A stretch of DNA of 64,000 nucleotides from Torpedo marmorata (Eukaryota). The notes under the pieces are model-generated. The model made no database searches. It saw nothing but the letters and a program-made list of their open reading frames with translations, and had not been told where the DNA came from. The stretch is from assembly GCA_977017645.1 (NCBI GenBank), contig OZ360221.1, positions 157,604,001 through 157,668,000 of the forward strand, read 5' to 3'. The translations under genes and the position numbers were made by a program. Shown here in pieces: positions 62,571 to 64,000 of this stretch (the first letter of the stretch is position 1; each line of letters begins with the position of its first letter).

Positions 62571-64000
62571 CCCTAACTCGCTCAACTCGTTTAACACCAT
62601 GCTCAAAGTTTCTGAAACACAAAACAGCGTATAACTTAAAATACAAAGCACGGAGCCATTGTACGGCGATTGTGGTAAATAACATTACAGTACGATGTCT
62701 AATAACAAAGGCAGCCTTCACCATGGGCCGTTGGCATTGGGCCTTTCCTGGAAACCAGATCTTAATACCCTGCCACGCTGGTTGTCTGTTAACATTTTAA
62801 AATATACATTGACAATAGCAGAATCTGGAGTAGATGTTTTTTTGGCGTCGGATCTTCGATTTTTCATTTTTCATTGGAATTGGTTGCTTTGAGTGACATA
62901 AAACAACAGTTTTAAGTCTCCAGAGTTTGCGTATCCATACAGAAAGCTATAATTCACAACTGGCTTCCTTGCAGGATGGTATTACAATTTACTTTTATGG
63001 TAATAAAAGTGCATTGAAAATTCCAGACCACCTATTACTCATTTAAACCGGTCATTTTAATTGAACGCGAACAAGCACACACAATAAACACGCGCGGTCT
63101 CCAGAAGCCACCGGATTACACGATTTTCATTTTCTGGACTTCATCATACTGAGATGCAAAAGATATGCCTACATTTTTTTTTTGTTGGACGGTAACAGTC
63201 AAAATGTTTACAAATGTATGTTTGTACAATTGCAGCCCAATCTTCCTTTAAAAGCTCACTCCTGGTTTATAGGCACGATAATATTAGTTTTAGTAATACC
63301 ATCTACGGCGCCTTTGGTACCTTGGGTTATCGATGAGTCGTAAAATATCAGATTTTTATTAAATTTCCGGCTTCGAGTTCTGAAATACATTTATTGTGCC
63401 AGTAAACGTTTATTTAACGTACGAACCTATCTGGTCTGATAGTTCTTGTTGCAGACTGGGTTTGAGGAGGAAATGTTTACATTTCGACCGCGTTCATTAT
63501 TCTGAGTCAAGAACAAGTAGCAGCCAAAGTTAAAGTTGGTTGGAACAGCGCATTCAAAATATATGCGCTTTCTGTTTAAAAGACAGCAACTTGATGTTGG
63601 CTTACTGTGTGTAGTTAAAACAACTCAAGAAAAATAAACTGGAGCAAATACATATATATATACACTTGATAACGAAAAATGACTCATGCTTTCTAACAAT
63701 GTAAAATAAAAATCGAGTTGGACACATGCTTGTTTAAAATCTTTTACTAAAACAAAATAAATGCTTCCTTGTATTTTAATGCAGAGTAGAGGCAGGATTG
63801 GCTGCATTTTATGAAGAACTGTGTGGATTAGACCGCCATCTAATGATCATCCCCAACATTACATGTTTTATGGTTAATTTAAACTACTGTAATACTTTTC
63901 CATATTAACAAAGAATGCTGGAAGCACACAGTAGGACAAGTAATATTAGATTGGGGAGAAACATGTTAGTTCCATTAAAAAATATAACCTATATTGTTAT

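Overview
Eukaryotic (vertebrate) genomic DNA, most likely a cartilaginous fish. That assignment is inferred from the repeat families (shark/ray-type CR1, Rex1/Babar, Penelope-like, HE1-like SINE head) and the Dlx protein sequences. The right ~27 kb holds a complete convergent Dlx6(+)/Dlx5(-) homeobox bigene cluster, each gene with 3 coding exons and canonical GT-AG junctions (243 aa and 277 aa). The intergenic region contains an I56i-like enhancer, a probable I56ii, and splice signals defining an antisense exon across I56i, as expected for an Evf2/Dlx6os1-like lncRNA. The left ~36.5 kb is CpG-poor and made largely of decayed, nested transposons: two full-length Gypsy LTR retrotransposons of one family, CR1 and Rex1 LINEs, Penelope-like elements with minimal hammerhead-ribozyme motifs, a solo LTR, a 5S-derived SINE and a compound hAT MITE. 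No convincing wholly new protein-coding system was found. The best leads are the Evf2-like antisense exon structure, the shared 5'/3' LTR asymmetry, the 5S-SINE shared tail, the compound MITE and the sharp CpG step at ~36.6 kb. All family assignments come from reading and recall, not database searches.
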